The notes: generated by a model from the letters alone, not told the origin. Positions 50,098-61,115 are shown, counted from the first letter of the whole stretch. The stretch is DNA of 63,969 nucleotides, filler included, from an uncultured bacterium (GCA_964449065.1; 5 parts of 5 records of this genome joined end to end with filler, not necessarily neighbours in it), one strand, 5' to 3'. Numbers and translations: made by a program.

Positions 50098-50905
50098 TTA
50101 AAAAAATACGGATGAGGGGCAAATTCCTCACCGCTCGAATAAACGGCAACTTCGAAGTCTTTAAATTCAAGGTAATAAGTCAGCCGCTCGAAGAGAAATT
50201 TCCCCTCCCAAAGGTGGGAGGGGTTCGGGGAGGGTTTGAAGCACTGAGCGTTTAACCCCCACCTAACCTCCCCCATTTCATTGGGGGAGGAATGAGAAAA
50301 TCGATTCGATTTTTTGATAATGCACTTCATATCGCTGACCTGTTACAATTCAAGCTGATCAATCAAGTTTTCCCGCGGTTCAATCTCGTCTTCAACAACA
50401 ACCCCTTTTGGATTCGCCATCGTATTTACTCCACCCCAAACAGAATCAATGCCATTGACTTAAGGAATTAGCCTGAAAAAGCAACGCCTTTTCTCCCCCA
50501 AGTTTGGGGGAGACACAGAGGGGTTGTGACCACGTATTACAAAAACAAATACGTTTAAGAGTGCTAAGTCAATGACATTGCAAACAGAATACAGGAATTC
50601 TCTATCAAAGGTGAGCGTAAAAAAATCATTCTTTTTTCAAAAATACCAAGATAATTATTTCACGAATCTCAAGGGAATGATACGAATGAGATTTGATCTG
50701 ATTCATTCGTCCAAGGTTAAAAGTTTCGCTGTATGCCGCGGGAATCGTTTATATCTCTATCATAAGCAGCGGGTGTTTCGGAATTTCGCTTGGAGTAAAA
50801 AATAGCCAACCGCGGCATAAAAAATTACAGTGAGCGCTGCCGAATTTGGTTTTTACTCAAGCATTCCATAAACTTAAATTATATTCAAATATCGAGGAGT
50901 CTGAC

Positions 50906-51397
50906 ATGCAAAACTCTATCCCAACAAAACCATTGCGCCTCGCATATACCGGATTATCGGAGCAAGAAACGCTCATCCTTGACTCCATTCTTTCCGGTCA
51001 AGATATTACCCTACACAAGGCAAAAAGCGATATACGCTTTTGGAAGATGGTATCAGAAGAGCCGTTTGACTTGTATTTAATCGCTCAAAATGAAACCATT
51101 AAAAACCCGGGGCATTTGGTATGGTTATTACAAGATAAAATTTCTCCGTCAAAACTGATCACCCTGCACACAAAAATAGATGAAGAAGAATCCCAACGGT
51201 TGCAGCAATATCATGTGTCTCATTCGATCATGCGTCCATTGGAACAACCTTCTGTTTTATCCATCATAGAAGATATACGAACTCAATCCGTCAATTCAGC
51301 CAAGGGGCTTAAACAGGGAATTCAACGTTTGTCTAATTGGGCCTCGTTGATTAAGCGTTTGATTCTGCCGCACCCAAAACCCTCTTTTGCCAAATAG
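50906..51397 (+). CDS. Degenerate response-regulator receiver-like protein
   Basis: EEPFDLYLIAQ and IMRPL resemble receiver motifs, without the acceptor Asp or conserved Lys. Confidence 0.5.
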   Translation: MQNSIPTKPLRLAYTGLSEQETLILDSILSGQDITLHKAKSDIRFWKMVSEEPFDLYLIAQNETIKNPGHLVWLLQDKISPSKLITLHTKIDEEESQRLQQYHVSHSIMRPLEQPSVLSIIEDIRTQSVNSAKGLKQGIQRLSNWASLIKRLILPHPKPSFAK

Positions 51398-51504
51398 GCA
51401 ATCACGGAAACATGAACGGTCCCATTGTAAAGATGATGGGACCGGTAACGGCTCTTGAAAGCAAATAATCAGAATCCATTCCGGTTCGGTCACAGGGGTT
51501 TTGT

Positions 51505-51891
51505 ATGAAATTGATTATTGGGTCTTCTTCTATAGAATTACAAAGAAATTTGTCCAAGCAATTCAGCTTGCTGAAAGATTTGGTGGATATTGTATTTTGC
51601 TCTACGCATACGGAAATCATGCAGCAAACACAAGCGCTTAATCCTCCTATCGTAATCGTAGATTATGATTTGCAGGACGGTAAAGGAAGTGCCACCATCC
51701 AACAATTGCGGAATACGGGCGTGTCGCTATTAATCATTTGTTTCTACCAGCGAAATGAAATTTCCCCGCACAGTCATCATATTGGCAGCTGCGCTGATTT
51801 TATGATTAATATACAAAAGGAATTTGATTTGTTAATCAAGTTAGTGGAGAGCATATTGCGCCATCAGCACAGCAAACTGATTGTCAAATAA
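51505..51891 (+). CDS. Single-domain receiver-like protein
   Basis: NPPIVIVDYDLQDGKG..IQQLR, ADFM. Confidence 0.6.
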   Translation: MKLIIGSSSIELQRNLSKQFSLLKDLVDIVFCSTHTEIMQQTQALNPPIVIVDYDLQDGKGSATIQQLRNTGVSLLIICFYQRNEISPHSHHIGSCADFMINIQKEFDLLIKLVESILRHQHSKLIVK

Positions 51892-52019
51892 CCTCCGCGC
51901 TTTTGTTGGATACGGTTGATCTGGATGTGATGGTTGGATGGTATACCGAATGAAAATAGGATGGCAGAGTATGCATAGCTGTGTAATGGAATATAAGGCT
52001 GGGTTGGTGGAGGAAAATA

Positions 52020-52103
52020 TGCCGGAGGAGGGAATCGAACCCTCACTCCCCGAAGGGAACCGGATTTTGAATCCGGCGCGTCTACCAATTCCACCACTCC
52101 GGC
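52020..52103 (-). tRNA. tRNA-Leu(CAA), CCA not encoded
   Basis: GCCGGAG/CTCCGGC acceptor stem, loop TTCAAAA, long variable arm, GGTTCGATTCC. Confidence 0.96.
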
Positions 52104-52202
52104 ATGAAAAACCTTGTTTTATGAACAACGGTATATGATAGTAAGAAATATCCAGACCGCAAGATATGAAATCCCATACTCTTATGAAAAAAAGATAATC
52201 TC

Positions 52203-53753
52203 CTACCGGTACTTTGGATTGTATTCTCCCCGCTCATGAAAGCCACCCAAATAGGGGCGGGTTGGGCTAAAGCGCGGGTAACTGTCAAAAATCTCGCTGC
52301 CCACGATACGCGGGTCATTCTGCTCCCGCAATGTCCGGCGCAGTTGAGAGTATAATTCCGTTTTGATGTGGGAATAATCCGGATCGTTGGCAAGATTGTT
52401 TATGCAGCCGGGGTCTTGATTAACGTTGTATAGTTCCTCTTGCGGATGCTTTCCAACCGCCAGTTCAAAAAACGGTCCGATTTTCGGATCGTGCTGATTC
52501 TCAAGCAAAAACGTTTTAGATGGGCATTCGTCAATATCATGGTAGTTGGGTGGGTCCCCGGCGGGCCAGCGGTTGGGCTTTAGATTGCGGATATAGGCGT
52601 ACTCTTGATTGTAGATCGCGCGGGCGGGATATCCCAAATTATCATAGCGGGCATCGGTGTGGCGTTCTCTGCCGCTATAGGCATATTGGCGCTCTGTATC
52701 CACCCACCCTTCCTGATTGGACTGCAACACATCCAATAAACTCTTCCCCGACATGCTTGCCGGGATATCCACTCCGGCGGCTTCTAAATAGGTCGGGGCA
52801 AAATCTATGGACGAAATCAAATCGTCAATTACCCGTCCGCCTTTTACTTGGTCTCCCCAACGGACGGCGAGCGGCATGTGCGTCCCGAAATCGTACAGGT
52901 TCGCTTTCGCGCGGGGGAAGGGCATTCCATTATCGCTGGTGGCAATGATCAGCGTATTATCCAACTCTCCCGCTTCTTCCAAAGCTGTGAGAATACGCTG
53001 CAAGTGCTGATCGTACCACTCGACCTCAACGTAATAGTCTAATATATCGCTGCGGATTTCCGGCGTATCCGGCAAGAAAGACGGCACCTGAGCGTCCTCT
53101 AATTTTTTGCCCATTTCCAGGCCGATCCCTTTTTTGTATGACCGGTGCGGTTCGCTGGAACCGTACCAGAAAAAGAAGGGCTGATCATCCGGCCGACGGG
53201 TTAAAAAGTGCTCGAAATTCGCCGCATAATCCGTGTTGCGAATGCCTTCCGGTGTGCCGCCTTCAATTTTTTTCTCGTTATAATCCGGTCCGGCAGGATT
53301 TCGTTCCCAACCGGCCCCTCTCCAATTCCCCGGCCCCCATGGTTTACCCGTTGTGCCGATAACGTATCCATTGTTCTCAAGTTGGCCGGTAAAAACCGGG
53401 AATTTTTTGGGGAAATAGCTCGCATGGGTTCCGGCTTCTTCATTTTGCCATATATTCCGCCCGGTTAGGATAGAAGCTCGATTGGGCGAACACTGCGGCG
53501 CCGCGGCATACGCGTGAGTAAACAAACATCCCTCATTGGCAATACGGTCAAACGCGGGCGTGTTGATTCCTGAGGTGCCATAAATGGAAGCATGGGGAAA
53601 AGACCAATCATCCGCAATGGCAAATAGCAAATTGGGCGTGGAATCCGCGCGGCTTGTTTTGGATGTGTGAATCATCAACGATCCGGCACAAAGCGCTGAT
53701 CCTGCTGTTTTTACAAACTGTCTTCTGGATAAGTGTGTTGGGCTGTTGGTCAT
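52203..53753 (-). CDS. Tat-exported formylglycine-dependent sulfatase
   Basis: SRRQFVK, PNLLFAIADD, CSPNRASILTG, EPHR, SDNG, EELY. Confidence 0.95.
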   Translation of the reverse strand: MTNSPTHLSRRQFVKTAGSALCAGSLMIHTSKTSRADSTPNLLFAIADDWSFPHASIYGTSGINTPAFDRIANEGCLFTHAYAAAPQCSPNRASILTGRNIWQNEEAGTHASYFPKKFPVFTGQLENNGYVIGTTGKPWGPGNWRGAGWERNPAGPDYNEKKIEGGTPEGIRNTDYAANFEHFLTRRPDDQPFFFWYGSSEPHRSYKKGIGLEMGKKLEDAQVPSFLPDTPEIRSDILDYYVEVEWYDQHLQRILTALEEAGELDNTLIIATSDNGMPFPRAKANLYDFGTHMPLAVRWGDQVKGGRVIDDLISSIDFAPTYLEAAGVDIPASMSGKSLLDVLQSNQEGWVDTERQYAYSGRERHTDARYDNLGYPARAIYNQEYAYIRNLKPNRWPAGDPPNYHDIDECPSKTFLLENQHDPKIGPFFELAVGKHPQEELYNVNQDPGCINNLANDPDYSHIKTELYSQLRRTLREQNDPRIVGSEIFDSYPRFSPTRPYLGGFHERGEYNPKYR

Positions 53754-53927
53754 GTTTGTATCCTTCAATCTTTTAGGCATGTTGATTTATTCCAATTTTT
53801 TGTTACGTTATTCCTATGAATCAACCTCGATTTCTTTTGTAGTGTTGACTCTTTGATACGTTCATTGATCCACTCAGTAAGGCGCTTGGTTTTTCTCACA
53901 ATTTAATTTCAAAAGGAGATCAATATT

Positions 53928-55007
53928 ATGTTTTTGTCTCGCATGTTCCTGTCAGTTTTTATCTTAACAAGTTTTATCTTAACAAGTATTGCGCTGGTTT
54001 GGCAATCCCCTGCCGCTGCACAAGAAGAAAACGCCGGCGGCGACCCGGTTGTAATTACTGTAGAAGGCCAATCCTACACGGTAAGTGATGTATTGGAGGA
54101 AATCAACAAAGTGGCGCAACAGTTTAGAGGCCAACTCAACCCACAGCAGATGGCTCAAAAAGAAGTTGCATTGTTTCAGCCCGCGGTAGACAATATTATT
54201 AATCGTGCCGCACTTCAAAAGATTGCGGAAGAAGAAAATATCGAAGTTCAAAAAGACCAAATCGATCAGCAAATAGCGCAACTTAAACAAAATTTTCCCA
54301 ACGAAGAAGCGTTTAACAATGCCCTTTCTCAGCAAGGATTATCGGAAGAAAAATTGCGCGATATGCTTAGCAGCCAACTGCAAATGCAAGTGGTCATCGA
54401 TGCGAAAACGGAGGACCCCGCTCCTCCTACCGAAGAAGAAATGAAAGCGTTTTATGAACAAAACAAAGCCCAGATGCAACAGCCGGAACAAGTTCGAGCC
54501 AGCCATATTCTCTTAAAATCCGGTGAAGAAGCCACGGATGAAGAAAAAGTTCAGGTGAAAGCCAAATTGAATGGCATCGCCAAAGAAATTGAAGATGAAG
54601 AAATTACGTTTTCCGATGCCGCGAAAAAATATTCCGAAGGCCCCTCCGGCGAACGCGGCGGTGATTTGAACTTTTTCGGCAAAGGCCAAATGGTTCCACC
54701 GTTTGAAAAAGTAGCATTTACAATGCCGGTAGGCGAAGTTAGTGATATTGTTGAGACTCAATTCGGCTATCACCTTATCAAAGTGACGGATAAAAAAGTA
54801 GCATCGACCGTGCCGTTTGAAGAAATCAAACCCAAAATTAAAGAACACCTAATGCAGCAAAAAGAACAGCAATCCGTACAAGAATTCTTGCAAAAGGCCC
54901 GCGAAGATGCCGAAGTCGAGATAAAAATCACCGAAGCCGAGTGGAAGAAAATGCAGAGTGACTCTCCCGTCGGCGGCAATAAATTGCCTGTGCCATTGGA
55001 GCCATAA
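53928..55007 (+). CDS. Parvulin-type peptidyl-prolyl isomerase (PrsA/SurA-like)
   Basis: VRASHILL, FSDAAKKYSE, GGDLNFF, MVPPFE, VETQFGYHLIKV. Confidence 0.93.
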   Translation: MFLSRMFLSVFILTSFILTSIALVWQSPAAAQEENAGGDPVVITVEGQSYTVSDVLEEINKVAQQFRGQLNPQQMAQKEVALFQPAVDNIINRAALQKIAEEENIEVQKDQIDQQIAQLKQNFPNEEAFNNALSQQGLSEEKLRDMLSSQLQMQVVIDAKTEDPAPPTEEEMKAFYEQNKAQMQQPEQVRASHILLKSGEEATDEEKVQVKAKLNGIAKEIEDEEITFSDAAKKYSEGPSGERGGDLNFFGKGQMVPPFEKVAFTMPVGEVSDIVETQFGYHLIKVTDKKVASTVPFEEIKPKIKEHLMQQKEQQSVQEFLQKAREDAEVEIKITEAEWKKMQSDSPVGGNKLPVPLEP

Positions 55008-55050
55008 CCTTTGAAGATATGCGGAAAAAAATCGCGAGTACTTTATAGAC

Positions 55051-55082
55051 AAAAAGCCTGGAGACCTTCTTCAGGCTTTTTT
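55051..55082 (+). terminator. Intrinsic terminator
   Basis: AAAAAGCCTGGAGA-loop-TCTTCAGGCTTTTTT. Confidence 0.8.
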
Positions 55083-55161
55083 CTAAAATTGACAAATTGA
55101 TAAAAACAAGCATTATTAAGAATCGATTATCATTAAAGTTTTGTTATGAAAGAGGAGAACC

Positions 55162-55662
55162 ATGAAAACGATTCCGGGATTTCACATCTTAGTTGCGATT
55201 TTTTCTTCCGTATTTATTCTTGGTTGTGGAATGGAGACGGAACAAGTCACTGAAGATGAGGTGGTATGGGCCAAATTGCGCGTTTTGGATGAATATTCTG
55301 AAACCGCTTTACAATTTGCTAACAATAACGATGTAGAGTCTTTGAAAGAAAAAGCCGTGGAACTGATGAGTGCGGCCAAACTGGTCGCGGAAGGCGCACC
55401 GCCGGACAATGTGAAGCAGCCGGAACAAGTAAAAGTGCTGCAACAGGATTTAACCGATTTGATTGTCGATGATCCGGGAAATTTACCTCCGGAAGAATTG
55501 GCCGACCGCGTTCATGCGATTCACTCGGTCGTGGTGAAATTGATGGAAGCGGCGGGGATGCCTCATGTGCACGACCATGATGATCACGAAGGCGATGATC
55601 ATGGCGATCATGAAGGGCACGATCATGATGATCATGAAGACGGTGAAGGACACAATCACTAA
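55162..55662 (+). CDS. Lipoprotein with His/Asp-rich metal-binding tail
   Basis: Lipobox ILG-C; C-terminus HVHDHDDHEGDDHGDHEGHDHDDH. Confidence 0.8.
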   Translation: MKTIPGFHILVAIFSSVFILGCGMETEQVTEDEVVWAKLRVLDEYSETALQFANNNDVESLKEKAVELMSAAKLVAEGAPPDNVKQPEQVKVLQQDLTDLIVDDPGNLPPEELADRVHAIHSVVVKLMEAAGMPHVHDHDDHEGDDHGDHEGHDHDDHEDGEGHNH

Positions 55663-55668
55663 ATCAAT

Positions 55669-56379
55669 ATGAATACAGAAAACGCTAGAGTCATCCATTT
55701 TCAAGACTGCCGCTTGGATGTCGGAATCAGCGGCAAAGACCGCGTTGTTTTTACCTTGCAGGATTTTCACGCCTCCAAAGGCGACCTTTGGGCGTTGACC
55801 GGCCCGAGCGGTTGCGGCAAATCCACGCTGTTGAATTTGGCGTCGGGTTTATTGCTGCCCTCGCAAGGCAAGGTGGAAGTTCTCGGCCAAGATATCGCGT
55901 CCATGTCAAATTACAAACGCGACCTCTTTCGGGGAAAGAACACCGGATTCATTTATCAAAGTTTTAATCTGCTGGAAGGTTTTTCTGCTATCGAAAATGT
56001 GCTCATCGGAATGCGCTTCGGCAGAGGGATATCCAGTAAAGAACGCAAAGAGCGTGCGGAGACCGTGTTAAACGAAGTCGGGCTGGAGCACCGCATCCAT
56101 CAAAAGCCTTCACGCTTATCCGTTGGAGAGCGCCAGCGGGTTGCCATCGCCCGTGCTATCGCCAACCGCCCCGCAATTCTTTTGGCGGATGAACCCACCG
56201 GCGCGCTTGACCCGCGCACCGGCAGCGATATTTTTGAATTGCTGCTCACCATCTGCCGCGAGGAAAACTGCACCCTGCTTATGGTCACTCACGACTTGGA
56301 ACTGGCCGCCAAACTGCCCCATCAGTTTGATTGCCGCCATTTGGTTAGCCATCAGCCATTGAAGGAGGCCGCCGCATGA
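55669..56379 (+). CDS. ABC transporter ATP-binding protein (LolD/MacB-like)
   Basis: [37 protein letters not shown]. Confidence 0.95.
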   Translation: MNTENARVIHFQDCRLDVGISGKDRVVFTLQDFHASKGDLWALTGPSGCGKSTLLNLASGLLLPSQGKVEVLGQDIASMSNYKRDLFRGKNTGFIYQSFNLLEGFSAIENVLIGMRFGRGISSKERKERAETVLNEVGLEHRIHQKPSRLSVGERQRVAIARAIANRPAILLADEPTGALDPRTGSDIFELLLTICREENCTLLMVTHDLELAAKLPHQFDCRHLVSHQPLKEAAA

Positions 56380-56665
56380 GTCTGTTGCGTATCGCTTGGC
56401 GGTATTTGTGGCAGCGCTTTTTGGTGACGGTTCTAACCATCGCGGGTGTGATGCTGGGCAGCGCGTTAATCTGTACCGTCCTCACTTTGCACCGTGAGAC
56501 AGAAGAAGCCTTTACCTCCGAAAGCACCTTATTTGATATGGTGGTAGGGGCAAAAGGCAGCCCGCTGCAACTGGTGCTATCCAGCATCTATCATTTGGAT
56601 GTTCCTACCGGGAACATACCCTATACGCAATATGAGGATCTAAAGAAAGACCGCCGCGTGAAAAC
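56376..56665 (+). CDS. ABC permease (FtsX/MacB-type), truncated at contig end
   Basis: IAWRYL, TM, DMVVGAKGSPLQLVLSSIYH..PTGNI. Confidence 0.85.
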
Positions 56666-56765
56666 NNNNNNNNNNNNNNNNNNNNNNNNNNNNNNNNNNN
56701 NNNNNNNNNTTAATTAATTAANNNNNNNNNNNNNNNNNNNNNNNNNNNNNNNNNNNNNNNNNNNN
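56666..56765. other. Artificial contig linker
   Basis: N44-TTAATTAATTAA-N44. Confidence 0.99.
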
Positions 56766-57578
56766 TCGCGTGTTTTCATCATGCACAATGCCTTGCAGCA
56801 CACGGCCGCGCAGCGAATCATATTCCGTTGGCGCCGTGTACAATCGCTGCCGTCCCCACGGCAAATAACCCGTTTCATCCATCCCCAACGGCTCAAAAAT
56901 GTGCTGCTTCGTAAACACATCAATCCGTTCGCCGGATACCTCGCTGACCAACCGGCTCAACATGATAAACCCTAGATCGCTATACACCCGGTTCTTGCCG
57001 GGTTCAAATACCAATGTGGTTTCTTCATCAATCGATTTGTATACATCATCAACATTGGCGCAAAAATCATAGAACGGTCTCCAAGAAGGCAGGCCGGATG
57101 AGTGCGTCAACAATTGCCGCACCGTCACCTTGTTCTTCGCCCGCTGCCCGAACGACGGGATATACTCCGCCACCGGTTTGTCGAGTTCCAACTTGCCTTG
57201 CTCAATCAGCATCATGATCGATGTCGTCGTTGCCACCATCTTTGTCACCGATGCCAAATCGAAGATCGTATTTTCATACATTGGTTTTGTGATGCGGATA
57301 TCTTCCAACTGCCCGGTCGTGCTCGACCGCTTGATCTCATGCGTTTGCATATTGCCGATCGCTTGCAGCGATACAATATGCCCATCCTTCAGCACCAACG
57401 CCACCACGCCGGGAGCCGCCCCCTCTTGCACCGATGCCGCCAGGCTTTGATGCGCCTGCGTCACAAACGCATAATCCATCCCCACGTCCCACGGATTCGC
57501 GTACGGAAGCGGCGAGTCCGTGGAAATCGCAGCATGATTGATGAGCAAAGTAAAGATAAATACAAATAAACGGTTCAT
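56766..57578 (-). CDS. Serine hydrolase, beta-lactamase class C-like, truncated at contig end
   Basis: FDLASVTK, LLTHSSGL, YSDLGF, GIVHDEN. Confidence 0.9.
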
Positions 57579-59023
57579 GTCTTGTATCCTTCATTCACGT
57601 GTTGTTTTCCTACGATGGGATTGAATAAAAACGCAACGGTCAATGTGGTTGCTGCCCCGGCCGGTACATACCAATTCCAATGCACTCCATTAAACGACAA
57701 TCCCAGCACCAACACAACACCCGCAATCATGGCGATGATCAAAGCCGGCGCGTTCCGCAAGGGCGTAAAGATCCCCAACAAAAACGCCCCCAGCAAACTG
57801 CCGTAGGTATAACTGGGGATGCTGAGTCCGGTATCGAGTATCGATTCCGAGTTCTGCGCCAATATCGCGATGATGATTAAAACAACGGTCCAAAAAATCG
57901 TAAACCAGCGGGACGCATTAACCAGGGTCGATTGCGATGGAGGTTCCTGATTCACCGCAACGATAAAATCCGTCACCGCCGTGGATGACAGCGAATTCAA
58001 CGCCGATGCCGTGCTCGAAAGCGCGGCGGATAATATCGCGGCAATCACAACCGCCGCCGCCGCCGAAGGCATATTTTCCATAACGAAGAAAGGCAAAATT
58101 TGATCGTTCTTCTCCAGCCCTTCCGGCAAACTACCATAATACGCATACAGCATAATGCCGATCACCAGAAAAAACGCGAACTGCAAAAACACCACAAACC
58201 CGCTCAATATCATAGCCGATTGCGCACTTCTGAGTCCTTTGCATGAAAGCAGCCGCTGCACCAAATCTTGATCCGCACCGTGCGATGCCAGGTTCAAACA
58301 AAAGCCGCCCAGCATCCCCGCGATGAAATAATACGGGCTTTCCGTTCCCCAATCCAAATGGAAGAACGCGAACTTGCCCGCTTCGCTTCCGGTTTGCACC
58401 ACTTCCTGCCAGCCGCCGGGAATCACATCAAGCAAATAAAAGAGCGCCAGCACGGCCCCCAAAAGCATAATAATCAGCTGAAAGACTTCCGTCCAAATCA
58501 CCGCCGATATCCCGCCCAGCCATGCGTAGACCAGCGAAAAACCGCCGGTAATCACAATCGCCAGGGTCAAATCAAAATCCGTAATTGCCGAGACCACCAG
58601 CGCAGCCGCGTAATGCCGCACCCCCGCCGCCAGCGCGCGTGTCACGAAGAAAAAGTATCCCGCCGTGCGTTGTGCCCTTCTGCCGAACTCGCTCCCCAAA
58701 TACTGATAAATCGTCACAATCTCATGCTGAAAAAACTTGGGCAGAAACACAAACGCAAGCACAAACCGCGCGAACACATACCCCAGCACCACTTGCAAAA
58801 ACGATAGATCGCCGCCTTCCGCGAACGAAATCGCCGGGGCGCCGATAAACGTAATCGCGCTGGTCTCGGTTGCCACCACCGCGGCCAACGCCGCCCAGGC
58901 GGGTATGTTCCGCCCCGCCAAAAAGAAATCCGTCAGCGAATCCTGCTTGCGCGAGCAAAACCAGCCAATCGCGATCAAGACCAGCAAATACAGTGCAATG
59001 ACAATGTAACCAATAATATCCAT
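57575..59023 (-). CDS. Sodium:solute symporter family transporter
   Basis: DFFLAGR, ATETSAITFIG, GGISAVIWT, DQDLVQRLL, LNSLS. Confidence 0.93.
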   Translation of the reverse strand: MDIIGYIVIALYLLVLIAIGWFCSRKQDSLTDFFLAGRNIPAWAALAAVVATETSAITFIGAPAISFAEGGDLSFLQVVLGYVFARFVLAFVFLPKFFQHEIVTIYQYLGSEFGRRAQRTAGYFFFVTRALAAGVRHYAAALVVSAITDFDLTLAIVITGGFSLVYAWLGGISAVIWTEVFQLIIMLLGAVLALFYLLDVIPGGWQEVVQTGSEAGKFAFFHLDWGTESPYYFIAGMLGGFCLNLASHGADQDLVQRLLSCKGLRSAQSAMILSGFVVFLQFAFFLVIGIMLYAYYGSLPEGLEKNDQILPFFVMENMPSAAAAVVIAAILSAALSSTASALNSLSSTAVTDFIVAVNQEPPSQSTLVNASRWFTIFWTVVLIIIAILAQNSESILDTGLSIPSYTYGSLLGAFLLGIFTPLRNAPALIIAMIAGVVLVLGLSFNGVHWNWYVPAGAATTLTVAFLFNPIVGKQHVNEGYKT

Positions 59024-59196
59024 AGTCCCTCGATGAAAAATGATGAGTGTTGAGTGATGATACCGTAAAGCGTATCACTCCGCATTCACCACGCCGTCTT
59101 GGCACGTTAAAGTACGGTTTGGTATAGTAAATGAGTATGATGATCCTATCAATGTGAGTTCACGAAATCAGCCTGCAGCGGAATCAAGGGAGGAAT

Positions 59197-59270
59197 TGGG
59201 CAATGCCCTATCTTACCCATCGCGGTCATGGGTATGAGAGTAGAACAGGATGGACAATCATGCCGATGTC
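59197..59270 (+). repeat. GTAG-type REP composite; related copies at 60202-60264, 60978-61065, 61759-61853, 63780-63852 and partial at 44120
   Basis: Consensus GTAGGATGGGCAAnnCCnnATCTT(G/A)CCCATC ... ATGAGA.GTAG. Confidence 0.8.
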
Positions 59271-59431
59271 AAGCACCGCGCCGGATTGATGGCTATTATT
59301 AAACCAGATGAAGGTTAAGTAGAGTTTGTTTGTTGCCGGTGGCAAAAAACAATGGCAAAATAAAGTCTTTGCAGCACCTTGTTTTTGTGTTATATTTATT
59401 AAAAGAAAACTCTCAAGTCGTGAAAACATTT

Positions 59432-59704
59432 ATGCCGCCGGTTTCGCATCCATTCAAAAAAGGTGCCTTGATTATTTTGATGAATTACAATGATCACGCG
59501 CCGCCTCACGTTCACGTCAAATACCAAAGCGACATTGGCAGTTACCGGCTCGAGATAAAAACCCGAAAGTGGCTAAAATCAAACAAAGAGTTACCATTAA
59601 TGTTAAGAAAAATGGTCGAAACGTGGGTCGAAGCCCACGAACAAGAATTACTCGAACAATGGCGGAATGCTCAAAATAATCAACCCGTGAAAATCGTAGG
59701 ATAA
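59432..59704 (+). CDS. DUF4160 family protein
   Basis: MP start, YNDHAPPHVHVKY, W...H..ELLEQW. Confidence 0.88.
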   Translation: MPPVSHPFKKGALIILMNYNDHAPPHVHVKYQSDIGSYRLEIKTRKWLKSNKELPLMLRKMVETWVEAHEQELLEQWRNAQNNQPVKIVG

Positions 59705-59708
59705 AAAA

Positions 59709-60086
59709 ATGAACTGGAATGAATGGAAAGTTGTTGCTAAAGATGAAGGCTTGTGGCATGACCATGAAGAAAAAGGCTTATTAAAGGCTGAATATATTGG
59801 CGATTATAAATTACGGTTGTGGTTTGAAGAAGAATTGGATGTTACCATTTATGAATTCGATTTCTATTCATTGATTGTAGAACAAAATCCAGGGGGGATT
59901 TTTGATGAGTTAAAGAAAAAAGAACAATTTCAAATGGTTAAAGGGGATTATGCGTTGGTGTGGCTCAATCCAAAAACAGGGCAGTATGATGAGCAGGCCA
60001 TCGATATCGCACCCGAATGTATCCGTTTTTTTTGTGAAAAATATGGTAAAAAAATGAAATCTACTCTAGCGGCGCTGTCTGGCTAA
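59709..60086 (+). CDS. DUF2442-like partner protein
   Basis: AEYIGDYKLRLWF, GIFDELK, LVW, IDIAPE; paired with DUF4160. Confidence 0.8.
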   Translation: MNWNEWKVVAKDEGLWHDHEEKGLLKAEYIGDYKLRLWFEEELDVTIYEFDFYSLIVEQNPGGIFDELKKKEQFQMVKGDYALVWLNPKTGQYDEQAIDIAPECIRFFCEKYGKKMKSTLAALSG

Positions 60087-60199
60087 CAAATCATTGCAGC
60101 CAAATTGCGAATCTTGTTTTTTATTGAGTGTGGGTAAGAACACAATCATCCGGGAGATTGGGGTTAACTTTGCTAACTCGCAATCGGCTAAACTCAAAC
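60081..60199 (+). other. Degenerate attC-like site
   Basis: GGCTAAC-AAATCATTGCAGCC..TTGCGA ... TCGCAATCGGCTAAACTCAAAC overlaps the gene stop; the R' GTT is missing. Confidence 0.6.
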
Positions 60200-60449
60200 T
60201 ACCGTACATGGGCAATCCCACATCTTGCCCATCGCCATCATATTGATGAGAGGTAGAACAGGATTTTTAGTAACCGGAATGATAAACAACCAAAAGGTAT
60301 ACGGGTTTCATTTCCGGGAAATGCTCCATGCACGGCGCACCGCATAGATGGCATAACAAGCATTTGCAGCAAATGGTACTACTATGATTTAACAGCCACC
60401 TCCAAACATTCAACTTGCTGGATGGGTAAAAGGAGTATAATTTATACTC

Positions 60450-60725
60450 ATGTTGAACTTCGTGTTTGACGACAACAAAAGCATGACCAATCTGGAAAAG
60501 CATGGAATCGATTTCCAAACCGCTCAACAACTCTGGAAAGATCCTGATCTTTTAGAAATCCAAGTGAAATCCGATGATGAAAGCCGCTTTCTTGTTATAG
60601 GCTGTATCGATGAAAAACATTGGTCCGCTGTCATCACGTACAGAAGTGAGAGAATTCGCTTGATTTCTGTCAGGCGGTCCCGTAAAAAAGAGGTAGAGTT
60701 ATATGAAAGCCAAGGACTTCGATAA
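60450..60725 (+). CDS. brnT: BrnT-family toxin
   Basis: K...NLEKHGIDF, ESRFLVIG, IRLISVRR..KKE. Confidence 0.92.
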   Translation: MLNFVFDDNKSMTNLEKHGIDFQTAQQLWKDPDLLEIQVKSDDESRFLVIGCIDEKHWSAVITYRSERIRLISVRRSRKKEVELYESQGLR

Positions 60726-60972
60726 AAAATTTGACCAAGGCAGAGAAGACATAGTCGATGATCTTGATCTTTCGACAACACAGCGTGTCAACCAAAAACA
60801 AAAGCGTATCAATGTTGGCTTTCCGTCATGGGTCGTCGATTCCATAGATCATGAAGCGGCTCGGATCGGTGTCACACGGCAGTCACTCATTAAAATCTGG
60901 CTGGTTGAGCGCCTGAAGGCTGAATCCGCGAACAAACCGCTCAATAGTGATTCCGTAGGCGACGCGCATTAG
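60703..60972 (+). CDS. BrnA/CopG-like RHH antitoxin
   Basis: DFDKKFD.G.DI, KRINV.FP.W, IGVTRQSLIKIWL. Confidence 0.88.
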   Translation: MKAKDFDKKFDQGREDIVDDLDLSTTQRVNQKQKRINVGFPSWVVDSIDHEAARIGVTRQSLIKIWLVERLKAESANKPLNSDSVGDAH

Positions 60973-60977
60973 GGGGG
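60927..60977 (+). other. Degenerate short attC-like site; related sequence at 61855-61892
   Basis: CGCGAAC-AAACCGCTCAATAGTGA..CCG..GCG.CGCGCATTAGGGGG. Confidence 0.45.
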
Positions 60978-61083
60978 GTAGAATAGTCAATCCCGCATCT
61001 TACCCATCGCCATCATGTGCATGAGAAGTAAATCATGATGCGCACAAAACGGCCGAGCCCATCCTCAATTATATTACCGCATT

Positions 61084-61096
61084 ACGATATTATCGT
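61084..61096. promoter_or_regulatory. Palindrome, candidate HigA operator
   Basis: ACGATA-T-TATCGT about 20 bp upstream of the higB start. Confidence 0.45.
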
Positions 61097-61115
61097 GTTA
61101 CGGTACAACATTGCT

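Noticed and set aside
55110..55150. Fur/Zur box upstream of the His-rich lipoprotein
   Set aside because: Only half-site similarity (ATTATCA, TGTTAT); spacing does not fit the consensus
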